Shown piece by piece: positions 28,691-44,200 of a stretch of DNA of 64,000 nt (positions are counted from its first letter, which is position 1; the number at the start of each line of letters is the position of its first letter). Position numbers and translations under genes: made by a program. Under the pieces are notes generated by a model. It was not told where the DNA came from, searched no databases, and saw nothing but the letters and a program-made list of their open reading frames with translations. The stretch comes from the human T2T-CHM13v2.0 reference genome, Homo sapiens. Where the stretch lies: contig CP086569.2 of assembly GCA_009914755.4 (NCBI GenBank), forward strand, positions 7,008,001-7,072,000. Direction: 5' to 3'.

Positions 28691-29384
28691 AATTGTTATA
28701 AACCATCTTTCCCTATTCCTTCAACTTCTGAACTTTGCAACTAATCACATAGTAAAGGGTTTCCATGTCATGTTAGGTTATTAATGCCAAATAAAACTTT
28801 CATTAATTTTATTTTTTATGAGTGCCCATTTTGTGTTTTATTTCATAGTCTGTGTGTAACGTGAATATTCGCTAGTAGTTGTGGACCTGCCATATTTAGG
28901 TAACATTTGGAAGTAAATTAGTAGATGTGTTGAAGTAGTTTATTGTCTCTTCTGCCAGTTATTTTGAATAATAGATTACAGTGCATTTTATTTCTATATT
29001 GAGAATTATTTTTGTTCCTAGGTTTACCCATCTGCTTTGTATTGGTTAAGTGATAGCTGCTCATGGAATATATTTTTTGCTAAAATTTACATTTAGGCTG
29101 CTGGAAATCTCCTTTTTTCCAGAACTCTTTAGTACCTCAGAGTTTTTCCTACAGGCATTCCAGACTTTGTCACACATTTACTTTTTGATATATCCCCACT
29201 ATCACTGGCATTCTCTTGACAACTTAAAAACAAGCCAGTAGCTGGCCAGATGAAAAGAACTCCTTAAATATCAGGCTACCATTGTCCTTTCAAGACTGTA
29301 AGGGATTATTAAGTCTCCTGTGTGGTTCAAAAAACAAGACAAAAAAAGAGAACAACATTAAGAAGATGGAAAACTCTGTTATGC

Positions 29385-29697
29385 CAGACACAGTGGCTCA
29401 CACCTGTAATCCCAGCACTTCGGCGGGCAAAGGCAGGAGGATCACTTCAGCCCAGGAATTCAAGACCAGCCTGGGCAACATAGCAAGACCCTGTCTCTAC
29501 AAAAAATTAAAAAAATGAGTTGAGTGTGGTGATGGTGTGCACCTGTGGCTGCAGCTACTTGGGAGACTAAGGTGGGAGGTTTACTTGAGCCCCAGAGGTA
29601 GAGACTGCAGTGAGCTATGATTGCACCACTGCACTCCAGTGCAGGTGACAGAGCAAGACCCTGTCTCAAAAAATAAAATAAAATAAAATAAATAAAG
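29385..29697 (+). mobile_element. Alu with an (AAATA)n tail.
   Basis: Alu consensus. Confidence 0.9.
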
Positions 29698-32600
29698 AAG
29701 AGGAAGAGGCTGCTGTGCTGGTGAGCCATTTCCCCTGGGTAAAATAAAGCCCCAACTTGTAGCCTTTGACAGCTTCTGTGATGTAAATGCTTATTCTTCC
29801 CATAATTGATCTCACTGTCTCACTGTATCTGGGGATCCATAGTCGGCAAAAGCTGGTGATTCCAAGGAACCCCTGCATCTGTTTTAATATCTTAGGGTGA
29901 GGATAAGCCAGTATAGGCTGTATTCATTCCTTGCTGAGGGCCCTCATCCCTCTAGCTAAGATTAGGCCTAGATATTTGATCTGCTGTAGGCAAAGCTGGG
30001 CCTTTGACCTAGATGCCTTGTACCCTTGATTAGCTAGAAAATTCAAGAGCTCTACAGTAGCCTGCTGGCATAAGGCTTCTGAACTGGTAGCCAGAAGTAA
30101 ATCATCCACATACTGAAGGATCAGAGTGCCTGGACTGGAGAAGTGGCCTAGACTGTGGGCCAGTGCCTGACCAAACAGATGAAGGCTATCCCTAAACCTT
30201 TGGGGCAAGACCATCCATGTAAGTTGGGACATGTGGTCTGTGGGATCCTCAAAGGCAAAGAGAAACTGAGAGAGTGCAGCGGAATACAGAAAAAGGCATC
30301 TTGGAGGTCCCGAACAGTGAACCATTCTGTTTCCTCTGGTATTTGAGAGATGAGGGTATAGGGGTTGGGTATAACTGGATATAGAGGAATTACTGCCTCA
30401 TTGATGAGTCTAAGCTCTTGCACTAGTCTCCACTGACCATTTGGTTTTTGAACTCCTAGAATTGGGGTGTTGCAAGGACTGCTGCATTTCCTTACTAAGC
30501 CTTGAGCTTTTAAATGTTTAACAATATCCTGTAATCCTTTATGAGCTTCAGGCCTTAAGACATATTGCCATTGATAAGGAAAAGTGATGGGAACTTTTAG
30601 CCTGATTTGGACTGGGAGGGCATTTTTTGCCCTTCCAAATTGTCCTTCCAATCCCCAGACTTCAGGGTTGATTCCCTCCTCAAGTAGGGCACAGCAAATG
30701 GGTAACTTGTTCCCCATATTCATGTGGATAATAAGTCCAGTTTTGGCTAATATATCCCTCCCTAATAAGAGTGTGGGACTTTCAGGCATAACAAGAAAGG
30801 CGTGTGAAAAGAGCAAAATCTCCCAATTCCAACTGAGGAGGTGGGAGAAATCCCTGGTTACAGGCTGTCCCAGGATTCCTCAGATGGTAATGGACCTTGA
30901 GGACAGTCATCAAGGACAGGAGATTAACACTGAGAAGGCTGTGCCAGTGTCCAGGAGGAAGTCAATTTCCTGGACCTCAATGGTTATACATACACAGGGC
31001 TCAGTGAGGGTGGTGATATGTGTTGGCACTTGCCCTGGGCACCCTCAGTCCTGTTGTTGGATCATCTGGTTGGGGGCTTCTGGCCCAGAGAACCAATGCA
31101 TTCTGGGGCAGTCTGCCTTCCAGTGATTGCCTTGGCATAGTGGACATGGATGAGGGGGCAGCTTGTTTCTCTTTGGACAGTCTTTTTTAAAGTGTCCTTG
31201 TAAGCCACACTGATAACAAGCCCTACCAGGTGATTGGCCTGCTCCATTTTCTGTCCTTTCTGAACCACCAAGTTTGTTTATTTGAGGGCCATGACTAAGG
31301 CTGTGGCCTTTCTTTCATCTCGCTTTTCCTCTTGGGCCTGTTTCTTTTGGTCCCTATTATACAATACCAAGGTTGCCTCCAGATTTTGTTCAGGGCACAG
31401 GGCTCACTTGTGGAGCTTTCTCCTGATATCTGTGATTGGGTAATAACCTTATGTTTTAGGATCAGTTGACCCTCTAGTGAGTCTGGTGACAGGGGAGTAT
31501 ATTTTCTTAGGCCTCCCATAGCCCCTTGAGGAAGACAGAAGGATTTTCTTTCTTTCCCTGAGTTATGGTGGACATGATTGAATAATTCATGGGATGTTTC
31601 CTAATTCTCCTTAGTGCTTCTAGAACACAAGTCAGCAAATGTTTATGACTCCAGTCCCCATGATCTGAGTCAAGGTCCCAGTGGGGATCCATACTGGGGA
31701 TGGCTTGCTGACTGGTATGGAATTTGTCCCTTTCTTCAGCTGTCATTCTATCATTTACTTGATTAAGATACCAGGTATCTCCAAACTCTTAGGCTGCAGC
31801 TAAAGCCACATTCTTTTCATTGAAGGCGAGGGTTTGATCTAACAATAGCATGACATCTCTCCAAGTGAGATCAAAGGTTTGCCCTAGACTCTGTAGAACA
31901 TCCATGCACCTATCAGGATCATCTGAAAACTTCCCCAGGTCTGCGTTGATCTGCTTTAAATCAGAGAGGGAGAAGGGGACATGTAGCCGGGTTGGGCCAA
32001 ATTCCCCTCCCCCTACAGCTTGAAGGGGACATAACCGATAGCCCAGGTTTTTGTGGTCCTTTAGATATTTCTTTGCTTATTTCCTTCTGGGTGGGGGAGA
32101 TTAGAGGAGGCTTATCATTAATAGAAAGAGGAGTTATAGGGAGGCTAGGATATGGGGGTAAGCTGAGAGGTCCTCCTGTGGGATGTAAATTGCAAGCTTT
32201 GCATAGTTGTGTATTCTCCTTCAGTGAAAAGAAAGCTTGGACATAAGGTATTTCAGTCCATTTGCCTTTGCTCTTACAGAAAAGGTCAAGCTGCCAGATA
32301 GTATTGTGATTTGTACTTTCAGGTGGCCATTTTTCCCCATCAGAGAGAGAATATTGGGGCCAAGCCACGGTGCAGAAAAAAAAAAAAAAAAAATGAGCCA
32401 CCTCTTTTTCAGGGTTTGCAGGTCAGTTTGGTCCCAATGGCTTAGGATGCATTTCAAAGGTTAGCCTGTTGATGCCTGAGTGTTTCCCATTTGAAAGACA
32501 AAACTGCCTGTGGTTTTGGTTTGTTTTGCCCACCCACACAAGAACCCACAGTGGTCCCTGGACCATGCTGATTGGAAAAGTTGCACTCACCGACATAGCA

Positions 32601-32790
32601 GCAGAAACATCTCTTGCCCAAGAACCCACAACAGTCTCTGGACCTTGCTGATCTGCATAGTTGCACTCAGCGATGCAGCAGAAGAAACACTAGTTTTCCT
32701 CCTAGACCACAAGGTGGACCGAGGAAGATCGGATTTAGTAGCCCTATCCAACGCATTCTCGAAAAACTGTTAGAGTCCTAAACATTCTTT
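29698..32790 (-). mobile_element. Class I (gamma-retrovirus-like) HERV internal region, minus strand. gag (MA with LPPYPS late-domain-like motif, CA, degenerate NC), protease, and RT up to just past YVDDLLLA. The 3' half of pol and env are missing. The leader carries a ~75-bp tandem duplication at roughly 32530-32690.
   Basis: Reverse-strand ORFs: 31961-32401 (gag N-term), 31507-31746 (...NYSIMSTITQGKKENPSVFL CA motif), 30148-30816 (LLGRDILAKTGLIIHM protease, then RT ...NTPILGVQKPNGQWRLVQELRLINEAVIPLYPVIPNPYTL...), 29924-30325 (LQYVDDLLLATSSE RT active site). Confidence 0.8.
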
Positions 32791-33632
32791 TGTTAGTATT
32801 TGGACTTTACCCCTGTCCTATAAAGATGTTATGCCCCACAAATGAAGTGGAGGTCCATACCCTGAGGGAGGGAAGCATCTCCAGGGTTGGAAGAGTGACA
32901 CTTTTTGTCCTCACTTGAATAGGAAGGATATCATTTCTGAAGCTCACCATTATCATAGCTTCAGGAATAGCTTTTGTTAGGCCTGCTAGTTTGAGGAGGA
33001 TCCTAAAATTCCAGATAGTCCCCTCTATAACAGGGCTTTGGGCAAATATTATGTCTTTCTGATTGGTGAGCCCAGGTGCTTTAAAAAGGTAACAGAGTTC
33101 TGGAATTTATACTAGAAATCATTCTTACAGGAGAAACTAGAAAAGCACCAGAGACCAGGAGAGGTTTTTAGAAGTGAGACTAGCCTCAGAGAAGAGAGGA
33201 GAGAGGAAGTTTGTCTGAAAGGCATTAGGACCCAGCAAGCAAGGATCAGGATAGATAGGATAGATGGGCAAGTCGCTTGGGCGACATGACTTTGAGAGTT
33301 CCACTCATGGCCACAGGGTCAACCAACTTGCGTCAGGACCCAGGAGCTGAATGGCTTTCCTCTCTGTCGACTCTTGGCTCAGCCCAGAAGTACAGGAAAA
33401 GCAGAAGCTGGTTCCAGGCAAACCAACTTTCCCAACTCTGAAGAGTTGGGGATTGTTAGAGAGCTCTTTCCCAGAAAGCCTGACACTCATGTCTTTAGTC
33501 CAGTGTCCACACTAGTTGCTTTTAACTGGCTGACAGCTGCCTGGTATTTAGCCCCTGATTCTAAGGAAAAATAGGACAGAATAGCAAGTGAAAGGGGTCC
33601 AATGGTGGTTACCACTTGGCGATAGTTGATAG
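32790..33632 (-). mobile_element. Possible 5' LTR/leader remnant of the minus-strand HERV. TATA-like tttaaaa and a CCAAT box on the minus strand near 33050-33090. Unverified.
   Basis: Position only. Motifs ccagaactctgttacctttttaaagcacctgggctcaccaatcag on the minus strand. Confidence 0.3.
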
Positions 33633-34480
33633 TCCCATCTGGGTCACCAAAATGTATCTGGAATTGGTTCCTTCAGTTGTGTTTTTGGTCTTGCTGACTT
33701 CAAGAATGAAGCCGCGGACCCTCATGGTGAGTGTTACAGTTCTTAAAGATGATATGTCTGGAGTTTGTTCCTTCCAGTGTTCAAATATGTCCAGAGTTTC
33801 TTCCTTCCAGTGGGTTCATGGTCTCGCTTGACTTCAGGATTGGAGCTGCAGACCTTCGCAGTGAGTGTTACAGCTCTTAAAGCTAGTGCAGACCCAAAGA
33901 GTGAGCAGCAGCAAGATTTATTGTGAAGAGTGAAAGAACAAAGCTTCCACAGCATGGAATGGGACCCAAGCTGCTGGCTCAGGTGGCCAGCTTTTATTCC
34001 CTTATTTGGCTCTGCCCGCATCCTGCTGCTTGGTCCATTTTACAGAGAGCTGATTGGTCCATTTTACAGAGTGCTGATTCATCCATTTTACAGAGGGTGA
34101 TTGGTTCATTTTACAGAGTGCAGATTGGAGCGTTTACAATCCTTTAACTAGACACCAAGCACTGATTGGTACATTTTTATGGAGTGCTGATTGGTGCATT
34201 TACAAACCTTTAGCCAAACACAGAGCACTGATTGGTGTGTTTTTACAGAGTGCTGATTGGTGCATTTACAAACCTTTAGCTAGACACAGAGCACTGATGA
34301 GTGCATTTTTACAGAGGGCTGATTGGTGCATTTACAATCCTTTAGCTAGACACAGAGTGCTGATTGGTGCGTTTTTACAGAGTGCTGATTCGTGCATTTA
34401 CAATCCTCTAGCTAGACAGAAAAGTTCTCCAAGTCCCCACTCGACCCAGGAAGTCCAGCCGGCTTCACTTCTCATTAGGA
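33633..34480 (+). mobile_element. LTR12 (HERV9-type LTR), 3'-truncated, with characteristic tandem repeats carrying GATTGGT (CCAAT) motifs at roughly 34020-34420.
   Basis: Starts ...tcaccaaaatgtatctggaattggttccttcagttgtgtttttggtcttgctgacttcaagaatgaagccgcggaccctc. The repeated unit is ctgattggtgcatttacaa(a/t)cctttagctagacacagagtg. Confidence 0.8.
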
Positions 34481-34756
34481 CTGACAAAGTGGACTCTTGA
34501 GAGCAGTAAGACACCACATTCCAGCCTGATTCTAGCACATCCTGACTCTGGCACATCACCCCATGACAGACAGCAAGCACTAAGGAAATCAAAGCATTTC
34601 ACTCCAAATCATATTTCTTTAACATATTTTGAAATAGTCCTGCCAGGCTGTCTCATGTGGGAAAAATCTACATTCTGAAGAGAGTCCCATTCCTTTTCTA
34701 GGCCTGATTCTCAATCCAGGAGAGAATCAACTCTGACAAGAAACATTTACAATCTA

Positions 34757-35063
<307 letters not shown>

Positions 35064-35539
35064 ACAAAGAAACATATACAATCTATTCTTCCCTAAGTCT
35101 GCTGCCTGGAGGCTTCATCTGTATCTGTGGAACCTGGGGCTCCACAACTCCTCATAATGAAGACAAAGTTCTGATTTTTTCTTATCTTGCCCAAATTCCT
35201 ATCTGAGTGGTCTGAGGAGTGATGCCTACAAATCATAAATTCTCATCAGATTTATTTAACTCTATATGTCATGACTTACTTTCCAGTCTGACTCTGGCAT
35301 AACATTACCTGATGAAGAAAATCAAATTATTTTACCCCAAAACATGTTTCTTTGCCATATTTTAAAATGTCCCTACAAAGCCATCCTTTGTGGGGGAAAT
35401 TTTGCATCTGTAGAGAATCTCTATTTACATAGCTAGATCTTTTTCTTCCAGACCCTCCCAATTCTAAAGAGAGTAACGTAGATTCTAGCACGTTTTTGAA
35501 GATCTGAATAGGAAACATTCATTATCTATTGTCTCTAAG

Positions 35540-36290
35540 GACAGCCACTATAAGACTTCAAAAGAACCTTGGTCTTCACAATCTTTTATCTCAACCTGAA
35601 CATTTCCTTTCCATCAATCCCAGGTCTTTAGACAAACTCAACCAATTGTCAATGAGAAAATGTTCACATTTACCAATAGCCTGAAAGCCCCTATCCTCTA
35701 CTCCTCTCTTTGAATTTTCCTGCTTTTCTGGACCAAACCATTGCATTTCTCAAATGTATTTGATTGATGTCTCATGCCTTCCTAAAATATGTAAAGCCAA
35801 GCTGCACCCCATCCACTTTGGGGACATATTCTCAGGTCCTACTGAAAGCTGTGTCACAGGCCATGGTCGCTCATATTTGGCTCAGAATACATCTCTTCAA
35901 ATATTTGACAGAGTTTGACTCTTTACATCAACAATAACCCACATACTCCCTTCTATTGATTCCAGGTCTTTAGATAATAACTCTTTCAACCAACTGCCAA
36001 TAAGGAAATCTTTCAATCTATCTGTAATGTGGAAGCTGCCCACTCTTCTAGTTGTTCTGACTTTCCAAACCAGACCAATGTACATGTTATATGTTTTGAT
36101 TAATGTCTAATGTCTCCCTACAATGTATAAAACCAAGCTGTGCCCCAACCACCATGGGAACATATTCTCAGGGTCCCCTGGGGCTGTGTCACAGGCTATT
36201 AATTACTTATATCTGGCTCAGAACAAATCTCTTCAAACATTTTACAGAGTTTGACATTTTTCATTAGCAACAGTAAACATATTCATACAA
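35540..36290 (+). repeat. Two tandem ~342-bp LTR-like units, each with TATA-like tgtataaaacc/atgtaaagcc and a ...ctcagaa(t/c)aaatctcttcaaa polyadenylation-like motif. A related segment is duplicated around an Alu (34570-34740 and 35310-35480).
   Basis: The units at 35611 and 35953 align (ccaggtctttaga...accaagctg(c/t)(a/g)cccca...tgtgtcacaggc...ctcttcaaa...cagagtttgac). Confidence 0.6.
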
Positions 36291-36648
36291 TCTTCCATTG
36301 GTTATTTTCAACTTATATTATGCACCAGAAAACCCACGTGTTTGAGGGTATTTATGTGATGATGCTATCCCTGCAGGCAGGGCAAAGAACTGCAGATACA
36401 GAAGTGAGTGAGCATGGGATCCATCAACATGGGCCAAGGAGGAAGTGTTACAGGAAAGGGGTTGTGATCCAGACCCCAGGAGAGGGTTCTTGGATGTTGC
36501 ACAGGAAAGATTTCAGGGTGAGTCTGCAGTGCAAAATAAAAGCAAGTTTATTAAGAAAGTAAAGTGGTGAAAGAACAGAGCTACTACATAGACAGAGTAG
36601 GATGTTCTTGACAGAGGAGGAAAGTGTCCACCTTAGGTAAAATGCTTG

Positions 36649-37024
36649 TGTTGGGACAACTAAGTTCCTCTTCAAAGACTCCCTGGTTATAAGTTGTAAA
36701 AGGTGTAAATAAACCCTACCCCCTTTTTCTTCCTCCTTCTCCTTTTCTCACAAATCACACATTTACCCTATCTGGACAAAGTTTAGGTCTAAGCCAATGT
36801 GGGATCAGCTTAGATTGTGTGGCCCAACCCCAGCCAACAGGGGAAGGACACAGAAGCAGGAACTGCCTTAGGGTTAAAAATCCCTTCATTCCTTTGTTTG
36901 ATGTGCTCTTGCAATTGCATCAGGCACAGGCAGCACCTTTCTGCAGAAATAAAGTTGCCTTGCTGAGAAAGTTTCTGTCTAAGTTCTGGTTTTTCTTTGT
37001 GGCACTGAGGACTTGTTTCTAACA
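36649..37024 (+). mobile_element. 5' LTR of the plus-strand HERV provirus.
   Basis: See the provirus entry. Contains AATAAA at about 36950. Confidence 0.8.
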
Positions 37025-39980
37025 ACTTAGGGGCTCATCTGGGATCCCATTCTCTTTCAGGAAGGACTAGTGATTATATTTCATGGGAAGATGCATCCCA
37101 CTGCCTTGTTTTTATGGCCCCGGCGCGATTTTCCTGTCAGTTGATTATACTGAACTGCCAAGGCTAAGAGGGACCTAAAATTCCCACAAGGAAAGCAGCC
37201 AATAAGGTTGAAGCAAATGCTCAGCAGAGAGTAAGAAAACTCCATTGGGAAAAAGGGGCGTTTAGCCTCCAGGATACGAAAGTGCAAGAAATCTTTAATA
37301 CAAGAGATTGAACCCTACCAAAATGGGAGGTTTAGCCTCCAGGAATGGGAGTGCAATAAATCTCTAATACAAGAGATTGAGCCTCACCAACCTCCAGGAT
37401 GGGAAATGACAGGTAAGACAGGGACTACAAAAGACCAAGCAGACAATAAAATTCCCCCTGACAGTCCGCTAGGCCTTATGTTAAGATACCGGAAAGATAA
37501 TGAAAGGACCAAACACAAGAAAAGACAGCAAATGATAAAATATTGCTGTTTTATTTGGACTAAGGAACCCATCCTGAAACCTTTGGTCTTTTGGCCACAG
37601 TTAGGGTTGAGCGGGGACTGGATATGCCAACTCCTAATCCAGTATGTAAATGATAAAAGTCCAGTTTCTCAAGAGGAGATAGATTATGGAGACAGGGACT
37701 TGTCCTTCTCTACCCCCTAAAGAATGAAAAAGCAAAGCTGAACTCAAAGCCCCCAAAAGTCAACCTAGCTAAGTTGTATTCTACATCTAAAGATGCATGG
37801 GATCCTTTAGACCACCTTTCCCCACCTAACCCTCTGCCTCAAGCTGAACACTCAGTCCCTTCTCCATATAATCCTGCCCCAAGGACCTTAACACTACACA
37901 CCCCTTCTGGATTGCCACTCAAACATCCCCCTCCTTAGAAAAGCTCCAACAGGAAATGGAACAATCCCAAAGGGATCTTCAACACTTTTCTTTCCCCTCT
38001 TCCTCAAAGAAGTCTGTTCCAACCCTTTTTCTCTTAAACGAAGTACCACTAGGAGGGGGTGATATTGGCTTCATAAATACCCCCTTAACAAGCTCAGAGA
38101 TTAGGAATCTAAAAAGGAACTCAGATCACTGGTAGATGATCTTTTGGAGTTGAAAGTCAAATTGACCAATTTCTAGGGCCACAATTGTACACTTGAGCTG
38201 AATTAATGTCTATCCTAGATATTCTCAGGAAAGGAAAGAACCATGTTCCACAAGGCCACTATGACAATCTGGGAGCATGAACACCCTCCTGGTCAAAATA
38301 TCCTTGCAGGAGAGCATAAATTCCTGGCCCAGGACCCTCAGCGGGATAACAACATGCAGCCCACCGAGAGAACTTGAGCGATCTCAGAGATATGAGAATT
38401 AAAAGGATTAGGGAATCAGTTCCTCAAACTCAAAATATCTCCCAAGCATTTAATGTACAACAAGGGAAAGATGAAGGGCCTTTGGAATTCTTAAACAGAC
38501 TTAAGAAACAGATGAGAAAATATGCATGTTTAGACACAGAGGACCCACTGGGACAAGTGATGCTAAAGCTCCACTTTGTCATCAATAGTTGGCTGGACAT
38601 CACAAAGAAATTACAAATGATAGAAAACCAAAAAGACCATCCCATAGAGGAATTTTTAAGAGAGGCCCAACAGGTATACGTACAGAGGGATGAGGAAAGG
38701 CAGAAGCAAAAGGCAGAAATTATGCTGTCCACCCTACAAAAGGGAACTCTTCAACAGGGAGACCAGGGAAGTATAACTTGTAAACCTAAGTACCCGGCTA
38801 GCACACCCTACCCAGGAGGCAAAAGGATAAAATCTGAAAATCAGGAAATAGGGAAGGGAAAACAAATGTTTCAGGTGTGGAAAGCCAGGTCATTTAAAAA
38901 AGGAATATCCTGAATGGGAGAGAGAAAAGAAAGTCCTTCCATTCATGACATTTGAAGAATAGTAGGGGGTCAGGCACTCTACAGCTTTCATCTCAAGTCC
39001 CACCAAGAGCCCTTGATAAATTTAACATGGGACCCAAATCAAAGATAGTCACTTTCTTAGTCAATTCAGGAGCAGCTCGCTGCTCCCTATGTTTTCTCCC
39101 ATCAGGTTTAGCATGCTCAGCAGTGGACCTTTCTGTCTCAGGAGTTAAAGGGGAAGGATTCAGGGCAAAAGTTCTAGAGTAAACTGAAGTCAAATATAAT
39201 AATAAGTCACCCACTATTAAGTTCTTGCTGATTCCTGAAGCAGCAACTAACTTATTAGGAAGGGACTTGATGTTAGGGTTAGAAATAGGCCCATATGTTA
39301 ATCAGGGAAAACTTACTTCCTTAAACCTGCTCACCACTTCTGAAGAAAGCCTAATCCATCCTGATGTATGGTCAAAGGAAGGAAATCAAGGAAAACTATA
39401 GTTTCCCCCAAACCATGTCAAATTAATAACTCCCAGGGAAGTAGTAAAAAGAAAACAATACTTTATTCCCTTGGAAGCCAGGATAGGTTTTAAACCTATT
39501 TGAAACCTAATTGAAAGCCTAATTGAAAGCCTTGTCCATGACGGACTCCTTGAATGCTGTATGTCTCCTTATAACACTCCAATATTGCCGTAAGGAAGCC
39601 AGTTGGGTCATACCGGCTAGTGCAAGACCTCCGGGCTATTAATCAAATAGTTCAAACCACCCAACCTGTTGTTCACAATCCTGACACCATTGTCAGTAGA
39701 ATCCCACACGGCCATCAATGGTTCATGATGATAGATTTAGAGGATGCATTTTGAGCTTACTCTTTGGCAGAGGACAGCCGGGACATGTTTGCGTTTGAGT
39801 GGGAGGACCTTCACTCCAGTCGAAAACAACAGTACCGACGAAGAGTCTTGCCTCAGGGGTTTACAGAGTCCCTAGATGTGTCCATTCCATAGCAGCAATT
39901 GCCTTGCTAACAGAAGAAAGCAGGAAAATAACCTTTGGGGGAAATCTCATCATAAGTACCCCTCACCAAGTGAGAACCAT

Positions 39981-41240
<1,260 letters not shown>

Positions 41241-44200
41241 TGAGAACCATGCTTAATCAGAAGGCAGACAGGTGGCTCACTGACTCAAGAATTTTAAAAT
41301 ATGAAGCTATTGAGAGGGATGATGTAACACTAACCACTGATCATTCACTCAGTCCTGCTGCTTTCCTAACAGGAAACACAAACCCAGAAGAACCTGAACA
41401 TAAATGCTTAGATCCAATCAGTTACCAAACCAGAGTCAGACTAGATTTAAGCAAGACTGCCTTCCAAACAGGGTGTCACTTCTTTATAGATGTCTCTTCC
41501 CAGGCATTGAAGCAAAAAGGCACAATGGGTATTGTGTAGTTGGTGGGAAACCCTCACAGAAGTAGAGTGAGGAATACTGCCAAATAACTGATCTGCCCAA
41601 ACGTGAACTCTTTGCATTAAGCCAAGGCTTAAAATATCTGCAAATGAAGAGGGAACCATTTACACTGACTCTAAGTATGCCTTCAGAATAGTCCATACCT
41701 TTGGAAAAATCTGGACTGAATGAGCCGTCATCAATAGTACAGGCCAACATGTCATCCACAAGGAGTTAATTACACAGGTACTAGAAAATCTTCAGCTGCC
41801 AGAAGAAATTGCAGTTGTCCATGTCCCAGGACACCCAAAGAACTAATCTTTTAAAAGCCAGGGAAATAACTTTGCAGATCAAATAGCTAAGCAAGCTGCC
41901 TCTTCCCAGGAGTCACCCATTTTCCATCTAACCCCCATCTTCCCCTCCAGCTGCAATCTCCATCTTCTCCCACGCAGACCAAGAAAAACTAAAAAAATGA
42001 GGAGATGAGGAAAGCTCAGAGGGAAAGTGGGTATTACCAGATGGAAGAGAAATGTTGTCTAAACCCCTCATTTGGGAAATACTGTCACAGCTTCACCAAA
42101 GAACTCACTGGGGTCCTCAAGCTATGTGCAATGCGCCCCTCAGAACCTATTAGTGTATAGGGATATATACTGTAGCTAGGCAAGTGGCAGATGGTTTTAT
42201 AGCGTGCAGAAAAACTAATAAGCAAGCTCTAAAAAGGCAGCCTTCCAGGGGAAGAAACCCAGGGTGAGGGTCACTCCAAAGCGTCCAATTTGACTACACT
42301 GAAATGTCCCCAATAGGCCATCTCAAATATTTACTAGTAATAACAGACCGCCTCACCCACTGGGTAGAAACCATCCCCTTCCCAAGCATAGAAGTCAGTA
42401 AGGTAGTAAAAGTACTGTTGGAACATATCATACCCAGGTTTGGACTAATAGAGAACATTGATTCAGATAATGAGACCCACTTCAGTGCACACATCGTTAA
42501 AGGACTAACCCAAGCATTAGGAATAAAATGGGAATATCATACCCCCAGCACCCACCCTCAGCAGGGAAGATACAAAGGATTAATAAAACTCTAAAAAACC
42601 ACCTAACCAAATTAATCTTAGAAACCCAGTTACCATGGACAAAATGGCTTCCCATTGCCTTATCAAGAATCTGAACTGCTCCTCCAAAAGATCTTGGCCT
42701 GTCCCTTTATGAAATGCTCTATGGGCTGCCTTATCTAAATTCCACTACTGACCTTCCTACATTCAAAATAAAAGATCAGTTTCTTAAAAACTATATATTT
42801 GGTCTGTCTTCCACCCTTTCCTCCCTCAGGACTCAAGGCCTCCTCGCACAACCTCCAACACTTGAATTCCTAGTTCACCAACACCAGCCTGGGGATCACG
42901 TCCTTATCAGAAGTTGAAAAAAGGGAAAACTCCAGCCAACCTGGGAAGGACCTTACCTGTTGCTCATAACAACCAAAACAACAATTTGAGTGGCCGAAAA
43001 AGGATGGATTCATCACACATGGGTAAAAAGGGCCCCATCCTTGTGGAATCATGGACCATCACTCCAGGACCAACACCTTCCAAATTAACATTCAAAAGAG
43101 TTTAATCTGTCTCTTACTTCTCCCTCTAGTTGCCCAAGGACATTTCATTATCAATATAACCTGATCACCCTTTCCCCAAACAGTTTTCTTCATGCCTATC
43201 TTGTCATACCCTATGGAGATCTCCAAAGCCAAAGACAGCTAGCCCCTTCAGAAAAAATATATTTGCCCCAACCCTTGTAGTAAACAGTTCTCTGGGGCCA
43301 ATTACTGTCCTGTACTTCTTGGGAAAATGTTCTCTGGACTACTGAGTATCAGGACTGGACCTCCACACAAGGTTTCTGCACCACTTTAAAGCCCTACGTC
43401 CTCTTTACCAAAGGAACTACCCCCTCTAATTGCCAACTCCGACAATGTAACCCAGTGCAAATCTCTATTAATGTCCCCACAATTCTAGTCATACTTTAAG
43501 ATGCTTCTATGGCATGGGAAGCAATGTTGCTGGGTGGGATCCTATAGGCTACTTTGAAATGCAATTCATTCACCCTCCTCTACTTCTTACTGCCTCCTAC
43601 TCCCCAAGCCCACCAAATCAAACCATTTCTCTCTCCATGCCCAGTGATAAAACCAAAGTGTTGTAGTAGAAGTCAAAAACTTAAACTCTAGCCATTGAAA
43701 CCAGGTACCAAGATCCAAAGGCCTGGCTGGAATAGATTAAATATTCTGTTTACACCCTAAATAAAAGCAATTGTTACCCTTGTGCAATGGGCAGGCTAGA
43801 AACCCAAATTTTTCCTTTTCCACTCGGATAAGCTAACCAGCCAGCTATGGTCAATATGGTGGCTCTCTTTCAGCACCCCACAGCCTAGGGAAACAAGGCA
43901 TGCCCTAACCTTTCACTACTGTTTCCACAAATCAAGAGTCCTGTGGGTCAGCCCACAAGGTCCATTCAGTTTCTAGGTCCCAATGCCAATTTTACCTCAT
44001 GTCTGTCAGGAAAAGTTGAAAATTTGACATCCCTTGGAAATCTAATGGGGTGTAGTGATTCCAAGCCTTTCAAGAGCTCACTAATCAGTTGGCCCTTGTC
44101 CACCCCAGAGGAGATGTGTGGTGGTATTGTGGAGGACCTTTACTGGTACATTGCCAAGCAATTGGAGCAGCACTTGTGCTCTAATCCAATTGGCTATCCC

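Noticed and set aside
30584-31126. 180-aa plus-strand ORF overlapping the HERV region.
   Set aside because: It lies antisense to the retroviral gag/pro reading frames with no homology. It is a spurious antisense ORF.
32520-32700. Two tandem ~75-bp units in the minus-HERV leader that resembled a short repeat array.
   Set aside because: A simple tandem duplication within the retroviral leader. Only two copies and no spacer structure.
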